Shown piece after piece: positions 1 to 8,673 of a stretch of DNA of 64,000 bases (within the stretch, counting starts at the first letter, position 1; the number at the start of each line of letters is the position of its first letter). Origin of the DNA: an uncultured Gammaproteobacteria bacterium (lineage in GTDB: Bacteria; Pseudomonadota; Gammaproteobacteria; DRLM01); NCBI GenBank assembly GCA_963729605.1, contig CAVSNY010000002.1:192001-256000 (forward strand), in the 5' to 3' direction. Made by a program: the position numbers and the translations under genes. The notes under the pieces are model-generated. The model did not search any database, had not been told where the DNA came from, and saw only the letters and a list, made by a program, of their open reading frames with translations.

Positions 1-1220
1 CGGCCTATCGCTACGCCTTTTGGACGTTTTTCACCTATCGCATCGGTGACCTCGCGCTGGTGCTGGCCGCTGCCTTGTTGTATTGGGCCTACGGGACTTG
101 GTCCTTGCCGGAGATCTTCGCGGGCGTCGAGGCCGACCCCGCCGCCCGCAGCTTTTTCGGCGTGCCGGTGGTCGAAGCGGTCGGCGCGCTGTTGGCGCTG
201 GCGGCCTTTGCGCGCTCGGCGCAGTTTTTACTGCATACGTGGCTGCCTTACACCATGGCGGGTCCCACCCCGGTGTCGGCGTTGATGCACGCCGGCATCG
301 TCAATGCCGGCGGTTTCTTGATCAATCGCTTCGCGCCGATCTTCGTGCACAACAGCGACGTATTGCATGCGATCTTTCTGGTGGGCCTGGTCACGGCCGT
401 CATCGGCTCGGTCCTGATGCTCACCCAGAACGACATCAAGAAGGCACTGGGCTACTCCACGATGGGGCAGATGGGTTTCATGGTGATGGAGTGCGGACTC
501 GGGGCGTTCTCCCTCGCCATCTTCCACCTGATCGCCCATGGGATGTTCAAAGGTACGCTGTTTCTCGGCGCCGGCGGCGTGATCGGCGAGGCGCGCAAGG
601 ACGACGGCGTGCCGAAGGATCACCTCTACACCTTCGTGGTGGAGAAACGCCCGGCCCGGCGCCGGCAACCCTGGCTGTTGATGGCGGCGATCACCTTGGC
701 GGTGCCGGTCGCGGTGCTCGTCGCGGCGCACTGGATCGTTTCCGACGATTTCTTCCAGAAGCAGGGCGCCATCGTGCTGCTCTTCTTCGGCTGGATGACC
801 GGGGCGCAGCTGCTGTTCGCGACCTACCGCATGCGCACCGAGAACGTCGGAAGACTGTTCACGCTGATCCTGTCGTCGTTCGTGGTCATCGTGCTGGGCT
901 ACGCCTTGATCAGTCACGCCTTCGATGTGTTCCTGTATCCAGATCCGGCGTTCCGTGCCCGCATCTACGAAGCCGCCAATGTGGACGTGTTCTGGTTCGA
1001 TCTGCTCGTGGTGCTGGTCACCACCGTGGTCGTGCTCGGTTGGCTGATCACCTACTACTCGGAACAAAGCGGCCGGCGGGACAAGGACGCCGGCCCAGTT
1101 TGGATGAGCTTCTACGCCCTGGTCTCCCGGGAGTTCTATCTCGCGGATGTCTACAGTTGGGCGACGCGCGTAATCCTCGCGGCCGCGGCGAAGGTCAACG
1201 TCTGGCTGAGGTGGGCGTGA
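1..1220 (+). CDS. dabB: DAB inorganic carbon pump membrane subunit (NuoL/ND5-like), 5'-truncated by the window edge
   Basis: Frame open from position 3 (AYRYAFWTFFTYRIGD...). ND5 motifs SAQFLLHTWLP, AGPTPVSALMHAG, KKALGYSTMGQMG, FHLIAHGMFK. Lies upstream of the DUF2309 gene. Confidence 0.9.
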   Translation, partial: AYRYAFWTFFTYRIGDLALVLAAALLYWAYGTWSLPEIFAGVEADPAARSFFGVPVVEAVGALLALAAFARSAQFLLHTWLPYTMAGPTPVSALMHAGIVNAGGFLINRFAPIFVHNSDVLHAIFLVGLVTAVIGSVLMLTQNDIKKALGYSTMGQMGFMVMECGLGAFSLAIFHLIAHGMFKGTLFLGAGGVIGEARKDDGVPKDHLYTFVVEKRPARRRQPWLLMAAITLAVPVAVLVAAHWIVSDDFFQKQGAIVLLFFGWMTGAQLLFATYRMRTENVGRLFTLILSSFVVIVLGYALISHAFDVFLYPDPAFRARIYEAANVDVFWFDLLVVLVTTVVVLGWLITYYSEQSGRRDKDAGPVWMSFYALVSREFYLADVYSWATRVILAAAAKVNVWLRWA

Positions 1221-1221
1221 C

Positions 1222-1980
1222 ATGTCCTCGATGATGTGGCTGTTGTCGGCTTTCTTTCTGCCCCTATTTCCACTCAGCATGGGGTTCAACGCCCTGTTTG
1301 CACGGCTCCGCCACCCGCTGCTGCGGACGGCGATGCTGCTGATATGGCCCCAGATCGGGGTGGTGGCGCTTTCCCTGGTGACCACACCGATACCCGGATG
1401 GGTCCTGGCGCTGGCGGTGACGACCTCGATACTGTATGGCGTTCGGGCCCTGGCTCTCCGCGAATTGGGCCTGTGGACCAGCTTTCTCGCGACCTCCAGC
1501 TGGGCCCTGCTTTGGATATCGGCCTATGACGGTGCCGACGCCTCGACGTTGCACCTCTACGCCGCGGGTTTCAGTGTGCCGCTGGTGCTGTTGGCGCTGC
1601 TGACCGGTGGCTTGGAACGCCGCTTCGGCGCGGCGTATACGGGGCTCTATGGCGGTCTCGCCCAGGTGCTTCCCCGCTTTTCCGGCGTGTTGGTGTTCGT
1701 GGTGCTGGCGGTAATCGCCACGCCGGTCTTCCCGGCGTTTTTCGCGATGCTGTCGACGATCGTGACCGCGGTGCCAGCCGCCCCCGCGGTCGCCGCCGGC
1801 GTCGCCGTGAGCTGGCTGGTGTGGAGCTGGGCCGGGGCGCGCCTGTTGCAGGGCATGATCGTCGGGCCTGGGTGTGACTGTGAGGTGCGGGACCTGAGCC
1901 GCGCCGCCACTTGGGGATACGCCTCGGTGCTGGTGCTGCTCGCGGTAGCCGGCCTCTCGTGGATGGGGGGACTGTCATGA
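1222..1980 (+). CDS. Second membrane subunit of the DAB locus (half-size NuoM-like proton-conducting transporter)
   Basis: Very hydrophobic 252 aa with a YGGLAQVLPRFSG...ATPVFPAF motif resembling the antiporter-subunit C-terminal half. Its TGA overlaps the dabA ATG (ATGA). Confidence 0.75.
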   Translation: MSSMMWLLSAFFLPLFPLSMGFNALFARLRHPLLRTAMLLIWPQIGVVALSLVTTPIPGWVLALAVTTSILYGVRALALRELGLWTSFLATSSWALLWISAYDGADASTLHLYAAGFSVPLVLLALLTGGLERRFGAAYTGLYGGLAQVLPRFSGVLVFVVLAVIATPVFPAFFAMLSTIVTAVPAAPAVAAGVAVSWLVWSWAGARLLQGMIVGPGCDCEVRDLSRAATWGYASVLVLLAVAGLSWMGGLS

Positions 1981-4900
1981 GCTTGCCGCTGGGCCAAAAA
2001 CTCGGCATTCGCACCATGATTTATGTGGCCGGGGAGCCGGTGCCGTTCTTCTGGCCCATGCGCTCGTTCATCCATCACAATCCCTTGCATGGCCTCGAGC
2101 GTCACCCGTTTTACAGCGCCGTGCGGACCGGCGAGCGTCTGTTCCATGGGCGGGGCTATCTGCCGCGGCGCCTGTACCAGCGTTATCTCGGTCAGGGCAA
2201 GATAGACCGGGAGGCCCTCGCCGGGGAGCTTGCCGCGTTCCTCGGTTCGCGGGAGGTGCCCGGCCTGGATCTTGAGCGCTGGCTGATGACGCTCCTGACC
2301 GAAACACCTTTATCGGTGTGTGTGGCCACGACGCTTGCCGGCGCCGCCGACATACGAGCCGCCTTCGACAACAGGCCGCCGGGCCCCGCATCGGCGATCC
2401 CCCGAGAGGTGCTCGCGTCGCGGCTGGCGGGGGAGCTGCTGGGCGATCGGCCGGTGTACGAAGCGGTCGACGCCTTGTACGGCACGGAGATTGGCGCCAC
2501 CCTGGATGAACTGGTGGTCAAGAGCTGTCTCGATTTCTTCGACGAAGGGCAGTCCTCCTGGGCCATGCCGCAGCGCGAGCGGGGCTTCTTCGCCGCCTGG
2601 CGCGAGGTGGCGCAACGCAACGCCCGGCTGTTTCTGCGCGGACTCCATATCAACCAAATACTGAGCGTGGACGAAAGCCCAGAAGGGGTGATCGCCTATG
2701 TCATGGAGAACCTGCAGATCCCCCGGGATCGTTGGATCGGTTATTTCACCCGGGAGCTCGCCCGGCTGCACGGCTGGGCCGGCTTCATCCGCTGGCGTTC
2801 CAGCGCCAAGCACTACCATTGGACCCAGCGTTATCCGGGCGATCTCGTCGACTACATGGCGGTGCGCCTGACCCTGGCCCTGGCGCTGCTGCGCGAGGTG
2901 GGCGAGCGGCAGATTCCCTGCACGGCCGCTGCAATCGAAGAGGCCGTGCACGGCCGGCTCGAGGAGATTTATCTGCGCCACGAATTCCATGGCGGCGGCA
3001 TCGTGCCCGCCCTGGCGCACCGGGTCGAAGACGCCTTGTCGAGGGGCTCGGAACGTCACCTGTCGAAGGTCTTCGCCGAGTATGTCGAGAAGAAACGCGG
3101 CTGCGAAGCGGAACAGCAGGCGGTACGTTTACGCGACCTGGCGCTGCAGGTCGGTGAGATGGAGGCGGTCACGCAGCTCGCCGCAAATGAGTTTGCATGC
3201 CTGCTCGACCTGCTGAGGGAATTCGAAAAGTGCGAAGGCCCGATCTGGCTGAGGGCCTCGGAGGCACGGGCCATCGAGCAGTTTCTGGGTGGGGCACATG
3301 TGCAGGCGCCGCCGCAGCGGACCAAACGCCCTTTCGTCCAGGCGCTGTTCTGTATCGATACACGCTCCGAGCGCATTCGGCGACACTTGGAAGGCATCGG
3401 GGATTACCAGACCTTCGGCATCGCCGGCTTCTTCGGGGTGCCGGTGAGTTTCATGGAGATGGGCAAAGGCAGCGAGACCCACCTGTGTCCGGTATTGCTG
3501 ACGCCCAAGAACCTGGTCCTGGAAATGACGGCGGGCAGTCCGCGTGACGAGGATGCGCTCACCTTCCTGGAAAAGGCCATGCACGAGCTGAAGGAGTCCG
3601 TGCTGACGCCGTTCGTGACCGTGGAGGCCATCGGTCTCTTGTTCGGCTTCGACATGGTCGGCAAGACCGTCGCGCCGGCCTCGTATAACCGCTGGCGCCG
3701 GCGTATTCATGCCAGCAAACCGCCGACCCGGCTGCTGTTGGACAAGCTTACCCGCGAACAGGCGGATTCCATCGTGCGCACGGTGCAGCGGGCGGTGATC
3801 GTCAAGGCCCTCGAGCAGGAAATCCGCCTGCGGCCGGAGCGCATCACCGACGAACTGGTGCGGGAACTCCGCGAGGTCGCGCTGGGCCACGACGAGGGCT
3901 GCCCCAAACTCCTCGAGGCATTGGACGGCGACGCGTCCCGGGCGCAGGCGTTCATCGACCGCCTGCGGGGGCCGTACCGCATCAATCCCTCCTTTGCCCA
4001 GCTGCAACTGGAGCGGCTCGGGCGCATCGGCTTCTCCCTCGATGAACAAGCCCATTTTGTCGCGCAAGCCTTGCGGGCGATTGGACTCACCGAAGGGTTT
4101 TCCCGTTTCGTGCTGCTGGCGGGCCATGGCAGCCGCTCGGAGAACAATCCCTATGAGTCGGCGCTGGACTGCGGCGCGTGCGGCGGCAATCATGGCCTGG
4201 TCAGCGCCCGGGTCTTGGCGCAAATGGCGAACAATGCCGGAGTGCGTCAGCGGCTGCATGAGATGGGTATCGACATCGCTGCGGATGCCTGGTTTCTTCC
4301 GGCGCTGCACAACACCACCACCGACGAAGTGAAACTTTTCGATCTGGACCTGCTGCCGTCCTCCCACTTGGTGTATTTGGATCGGCTGCGCGGCGGCCTG
4401 ACGGCGGCGTCGCGACTGTGCGCGCAGGAGCGCGTGCCCAGCTTGGCCATCGAAGGGGATCGGGTGGACAATCCGGCTGCGGCCTACCGCGCCGCGCAGC
4501 GCAACGCCATGGACTGGTCGCAGGTGCGTCCGGAGTGGGGACTGTCCGGCAACGCCTACTTCGTCATCGCGACGCGGGGCCTCACCCAGGGCATGTCTCT
4601 GGAGGGGCGGGCCTTTCTCCATTCCTATGACTACCGTATCGATGAGCGGCGGCGGCTGCTGGAAACCATCTTGTCCGGCCCGCTGGTCGTGGGTCAGTGG
4701 ATCAACCTGGAGCACTATTTCTCCACCGTCGACAACGAGCGCTTCGGCAGCGGCAGCAAGGTGTACCACAACGTGGCCGGTCGCTTCGGCGTGATGACCG
4801 GCAACCTCAGCGACCTGCGTACCGGCCTGCCGTCTCAGACCGTGCTGGACAACGGCCTGCCGTATCATCAGCCGATCAGGCTGATCACCGTGATCGAGGC

Positions 4901-5090
4901 CCCGTTCGAGCATGCCCGCGCCGCGATCGAGGCGGTGGCGCCGGTCAAGAACCTGGTGCGCAACGGCTGGGTACGATTGATGGTGGTCGATCCAGAGGCG
5001 GCAGCGGTGTTTGTTTATGACGAGGGGGATTGGCGCCGCCGTTCCCTCGTCGACGCGACTGGAACGGCATCTCTGGAGGAGTCCCACTGA
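1977..5090 (+). CDS. dabA: DAB pump soluble subunit, DUF2309, beta-carbonic-anhydrase-like
   Basis: WPMRSFIHHNPLHGLE, FCIDTRSE, GHGS..NNPY..LDCGACGG (Cys/Asp/His/Cys Zn site), DWSQVRPEWGL. Start placed at ATG 1977. Confidence 0.95.
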   Translation: MSLPLGQKLGIRTMIYVAGEPVPFFWPMRSFIHHNPLHGLERHPFYSAVRTGERLFHGRGYLPRRLYQRYLGQGKIDREALAGELAAFLGSREVPGLDLERWLMTLLTETPLSVCVATTLAGAADIRAAFDNRPPGPASAIPREVLASRLAGELLGDRPVYEAVDALYGTEIGATLDELVVKSCLDFFDEGQSSWAMPQRERGFFAAWREVAQRNARLFLRGLHINQILSVDESPEGVIAYVMENLQIPRDRWIGYFTRELARLHGWAGFIRWRSSAKHYHWTQRYPGDLVDYMAVRLTLALALLREVGERQIPCTAAAIEEAVHGRLEEIYLRHEFHGGGIVPALAHRVEDALSRGSERHLSKVFAEYVEKKRGCEAEQQAVRLRDLALQVGEMEAVTQLAANEFACLLDLLREFEKCEGPIWLRASEARAIEQFLGGAHVQAPPQRTKRPFVQALFCIDTRSERIRRHLEGIGDYQTFGIAGFFGVPVSFMEMGKGSETHLCPVLLTPKNLVLEMTAGSPRDEDALTFLEKAMHELKESVLTPFVTVEAIGLLFGFDMVGKTVAPASYNRWRRRIHASKPPTRLLLDKLTREQADSIVRTVQRAVIVKALEQEIRLRPERITDELVRELREVALGHDEGCPKLLEALDGDASRAQAFIDRLRGPYRINPSFAQLQLERLGRIGFSLDEQAHFVAQALRAIGLTEGFSRFVLLAGHGSRSENNPYESALDCGACGGNHGLVSARVLAQMANNAGVRQRLHEMGIDIAADAWFLPALHNTTTDEVKLFDLDLLPSSHLVYLDRLRGGLTAASRLCAQERVPSLAIEGDRVDNPAAAYRAAQRNAMDWSQVRPEWGLSGNAYFVIATRGLTQGMSLEGRAFLHSYDYRIDERRRLLETILSGPLVVGQWINLEHYFSTVDNERFGSGSKVYHNVAGRFGVMTGNLSDLRTGLPSQTVLDNGLPYHQPIRLITVIEAPFEHARAAIEAVAPVKNLVRNGWVRLMVVDPEAAAVFVYDEGDWRRRSLVDATGTASLEESH

Positions 5091-5092
5091 TC

Positions 5093-5419
5093 ATGAAAAA
5101 TCTCAATTTAAGCCCTCTCAAGAAACTGGAAATCATCCTGGACGGTGAGCATCAGGCGTTTGTCACCGACATCCTCGACCGGGCAGGGGTCAAGGGCTAC
5201 ACCATCATCAACAATCTGTCCGGCAAGGGGCGCCATGGCTTCCACGAAGGCCATCTCATGTTCAACGAGGACGATGTGTTGATCATGATCATCGCCGCCG
5301 TGCCCGAGCACCTCGTGAATCCGATCCTCGAGGGGCTCTCGCCCTTCTACAACGAACACTCAGGCGTGGTGTTCATTTCCGATATTCAGGTGACCCGCTT
5401 AGTGAAATTCGGCGGCTAG
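5093..5419 (+). CDS. PII-family (SbtB-like) regulator
   Basis: KKLEIIL...GVKGYTII..SGKGRHG...GVVFISD is the PII fold. ATG lies 2 nt after the dabA stop, with a GGAGG RBS. Confidence 0.85.
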   Translation: MKNLNLSPLKKLEIILDGEHQAFVTDILDRAGVKGYTIINNLSGKGRHGFHEGHLMFNEDDVLIMIIAAVPEHLVNPILEGLSPFYNEHSGVVFISDIQVTRLVKFGG

Positions 5420-5434
5420 ACAACGAAGGGTCCG

Positions 5435-5696
5435 ATGCCGCGTACGATTCCCCACCTACTCCGCAACGAGAGGGAGTTGTTGAGCACGGCGCCAGGGTGT
5501 CGGCGCCGCTGCAAACGGATGCCATCGCACACTACGAGGACGCGGTGCGTTATTGCCGGCGCATTCAAGGACTGGGACAATGGCGTGTTTTTTTGAAGTG
5601 CTGTGGAACGAGGAGCTCGCCCACGGCCGTGAGATGGCGCGATGGGCGGCCGCTCTGGACACAGTCAGTGCTGGTGGCAGACGTGCTTTCTTTTAG
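5435..5696 (+). pseudogene. Frameshifted C-terminal remnant of the carboxysome-associated ferritin/bacterioferritin-like gene
   Basis: Removing one base near 5568 and one T of the T7 run at 5588-5594 gives DAIAHYEDAVRYCRRIQDWDNGVFFEVLWNEELAHGREMARWAAAL, ending at TAG 5694-5696. This is a ferritin helix with EExxH. Confidence 0.65.
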
Positions 5697-5931
5697 GGAC
5701 ACGTAATCATAAGCGGTTACAGAATAGCGATGGCGAATCCGTGATCTCGATAATCTGAGGCGTAGTGCTCACGCGAAAATGTTCGACATATCGACATGTA
5801 TTCGGCGTGTGTTTTTTCGTGCACCTGTTTCTTCACGATCTCACGCGACGCCGTTCATGAACAATTCAAACTAAGCGGCGCGACGGCCATGCCGCGGAGC
5901 CGCCGATGGTAAGTGAAAAACGGGGAATGTT

Positions 5932-8241
5932 ATGACTGAGGCTCCACAAAACGGCATAAAAGGATTGAAACATTGGCGTTATGACCTGCTTGCGGGGTTA
6001 CAGGTCGCGCTAGTGTCTTTGCCGCTGTCGCTGGGTATCGCTATCGCTTCCGGCGCGCCGCCGGTTACTGGTTTAATCTCGGCGATCATCGCCGGTCTCA
6101 TTTTTCCGTTCTTGGGCGGCGCCTACGTCACCATCAGCGGTCCGGCCGCGGGACTCGCGCCGGCGTTGTTGTCGGGCATGTTGCTGTTGGGCGGCGGCGA
6201 TCTGGCGACGGGTTATCCGTTGTTGCTGGTCGCGATCTGTTTCACGGGATTGGTGCAGGTCGTGCTGGCTTTCTTCAAGGCCGGACGTTTTGCCATTTTC
6301 CTTCCCGTCACCGTGGTGGAGGCGATGCTCGCCGCCATCGGCATCATCATCATCATCAAACAGATTCCGCCGTTGATGGGCGCTATCGTGCCGGCTTCCA
6401 AAAACATGTTGGCCTCGATTGGCAAATTGCCGCAGGCCATGATGCAAGTGGATTGGAGCGTGTTTTTCATCGGCGGGCTGAGTTTGTTCCTGCTCTTTTA
6501 TCTGAACAAGAGTCGCCATGAATGGATGCGCAAGCTGCCGCCGCCGCTGTTCGTGGCCATGCTCGGCATCGTGTTGGGTTATGCGCTCGGTCTCGATCCA
6601 AAATATCTCATCAAAATGCCAGAGAACGTATTGGAAGGCGGCATCACGATGCCGGCTTTCGGCGAGGTGTTTAATCGTCCCGAATTGTGGTGGGGCGTGC
6701 TGGTGGTCGTTATCACGCTCACCTTGATCGACGGCATCGAGTCGCTGGCGACCATCAAGGCGGTAGACAAGATCGATCCCTTCCAGCGCAAGTCGGATGC
6801 CAATGTCACGTTGCGCGCGATGGGCGTGTCGAATTCGCTATCGAGTATCTTCGGCGGCCTGACGATTATTCCGGGCGGCATCAAGAGTCGCGCTAACATC
6901 GACGCCGGCGGACGTACCTTGTGGGCGAATTTTTACAACGCCATTTTTCTGCTGCTATTCCTGTTTTTGGCCACTGACGTCATCGCCCGCGTTCCGCTCG
7001 CCTCGATCGCCGCGATCGTGATCTACGTCGGCTGGAAGCTGTGCGAGTACAAGGTGTTCACCAAGACCTACGCCATCGGCCGGGATCAGATCGTCATCTT
7101 CGTGATCACGGTGTTTGCGATCCTCGCCACCGACTTGTTGTGGGGCATCATCACGGGAATCATGGCTGAGGTGCTAATGCTGTTGTATCTGCTCATGCCT
7201 TCGTTTCGATACGTCTTGACTGGACGCATGACTTTCAAGCAGTCGTTTCCCTTGTTATGGGTCAATTTGCGCGGCTTGTTCTCGACGCCGGTGATCAAGG
7301 TCAAGGAGCAGACCCGCGACGGCCGGGCGCATTATGAAGTGTCCCTGTCCTCCATCGTGTGCTTCAACCTTCTGCCGCTGGATAAATTCTTCGCCAGCCT
7401 GCCGGCGGACTCCGGCATCACCCTTATCATTACCGAATCAGGCCGCATTATCGATCACACCGGCATGGAATACCTTCACCAGTTTCAAGAGGAATGCGTA
7501 CGCGACGGGCGGACCTTCGAGTTGCTGGGGATGGAGAACTTTTTTCAATTCACCAGCCACTCGCTGTCGGCGCGGATGCAGGATGCGATCTTAATTAAAG
7601 AAAAGGTCAAGCACAGCGAGCGTGAAGAGCAGATGGAAAAGCTGGCCAAGCGGTGGAATCTGGCTTTTAATCCCGCGACCGTGAGTATTCTCAACAAGCA
7701 GAATTTCGTGTATCTGCGCAGAGGCTCTGATAAACAAGAGAGCAATGTGATGTCGGGTGATTACCTTGGATGCGAGGTGCGCCTGTTCGATTATAGTCAC
7801 ACCGCGCCGCCGGATTATTTCTCAAAACACTGGCATACCATCATTACCATGAGCTGCCCCGGCTTGGCCGATGCCGCGGTGCCTGATTTCGTCATTACTC
7901 CCGGTCATTATTTGGAGCGGTATTTGGTGGATTTCACTGAAATGCCTTTGTCCGGGCCGCGTGAGTTCGCCGAGAATTATCACTTGCACGGCCAGGCGGG
8001 ACATGATCCTTCGCCCTATATTTCGCCCGAGCTGGTTGCCTTTTTGATGAGGCACAAAGGGTTTTATTTAGAAGTGCGCAATGGCGTGCTCTTAGCTTTC
8101 AGGCAGGATCAGGAGTTGGCCAAGCCCGATGATGTGTCTCTGCTGTTCGTCTTGGCCGAAATATTCAACGCGGCTTGTAATGCGGCGCCAAATCAAGGTC
8201 GAGATGCCGCCGAGGTGCTGCCATCCAATACGGGCGCATGA
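5932..8241 (+). CDS. SulP/SLC26 anion (probably bicarbonate) transporter with STAS-like region and extra C-terminal domain
   Basis: DLLAGLQVALVSLPLSLGIAIASG, ISGPAAG, IESLAT..AVDKIDP, SRANIDAGGRT, IDHTGMEYL. Substrate is inferred from context. Confidence 0.9.
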   Translation: MTEAPQNGIKGLKHWRYDLLAGLQVALVSLPLSLGIAIASGAPPVTGLISAIIAGLIFPFLGGAYVTISGPAAGLAPALLSGMLLLGGGDLATGYPLLLVAICFTGLVQVVLAFFKAGRFAIFLPVTVVEAMLAAIGIIIIIKQIPPLMGAIVPASKNMLASIGKLPQAMMQVDWSVFFIGGLSLFLLFYLNKSRHEWMRKLPPPLFVAMLGIVLGYALGLDPKYLIKMPENVLEGGITMPAFGEVFNRPELWWGVLVVVITLTLIDGIESLATIKAVDKIDPFQRKSDANVTLRAMGVSNSLSSIFGGLTIIPGGIKSRANIDAGGRTLWANFYNAIFLLLFLFLATDVIARVPLASIAAIVIYVGWKLCEYKVFTKTYAIGRDQIVIFVITVFAILATDLLWGIITGIMAEVLMLLYLLMPSFRYVLTGRMTFKQSFPLLWVNLRGLFSTPVIKVKEQTRDGRAHYEVSLSSIVCFNLLPLDKFFASLPADSGITLIITESGRIIDHTGMEYLHQFQEECVRDGRTFELLGMENFFQFTSHSLSARMQDAILIKEKVKHSEREEQMEKLAKRWNLAFNPATVSILNKQNFVYLRRGSDKQESNVMSGDYLGCEVRLFDYSHTAPPDYFSKHWHTIITMSCPGLADAAVPDFVITPGHYLERYLVDFTEMPLSGPREFAENYHLHGQAGHDPSPYISPELVAFLMRHKGFYLEVRNGVLLAFRQDQELAKPDDVSLLFVLAEIFNAACNAAPNQGRDAAEVLPSNTGA

Positions 8242-8329
8242 GTGGATGTGGGCGAATTCGGATGTCGCTTGTGGCTATGTTTTTCTGTCACGTGAGAGGC
8301 TGTCAGGTTGAGTAGTTTGCTCATGCCGG

Positions 8330-8560
8330 TCGTATGGTCTGCTTCGGTCATGAGCGTTATCTGGCCGTAGGCGTGCAAGCCTTCGAAATCGTGGCGTAAG
8401 GAATGCGCGCGCGGCATCGGGAATCCGGCGCACTTGGCGTGGTGAATTATCAGGCGCATCATCACTCGTCGCGATCTCGGCCTTCGGTGGGATTCACGCG
8501 ATTTCGTGCGAAAAGGAACGGTACGGAATATCAGCGCCGACGCGAGGCCGTGTTCGCTAT
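8330..8560 (-). pseudogene. Tyrosine recombinase/integrase fragment
   Basis: One minus-strand frame reads EHGLASALIFRTV...RRPRSRRVMMRLIIHHAKCAGFPMPRAHSLRHDF, matching the integrase 'LFR...AG...HxLRH' box II region. No N-terminus. Confidence 0.55.
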
Positions 8561-8673
8561 TGAATCCCCCGGTTCCCCTCGGCTTGGCCCCGCATCCACC
8601 GGCGGCGCGCTCCTCGCCTTGCTCTTTCCGCCAGGCAGCTCAACCGCCGCGCCGACAAATTCGGCGGACCCGA

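Noticed and set aside
1-1980. Respiratory complex I or Mrp operon
   Set aside because: No other nuo/mrp genes. The adjacent DUF2309 gene identifies it as DAB.
3129-5087. Long antisense ORFs (here, and over metH, hslU, ubiB and others)
   Set aside because: Expected in GC-rich DNA opposite real genes. No family motifs.
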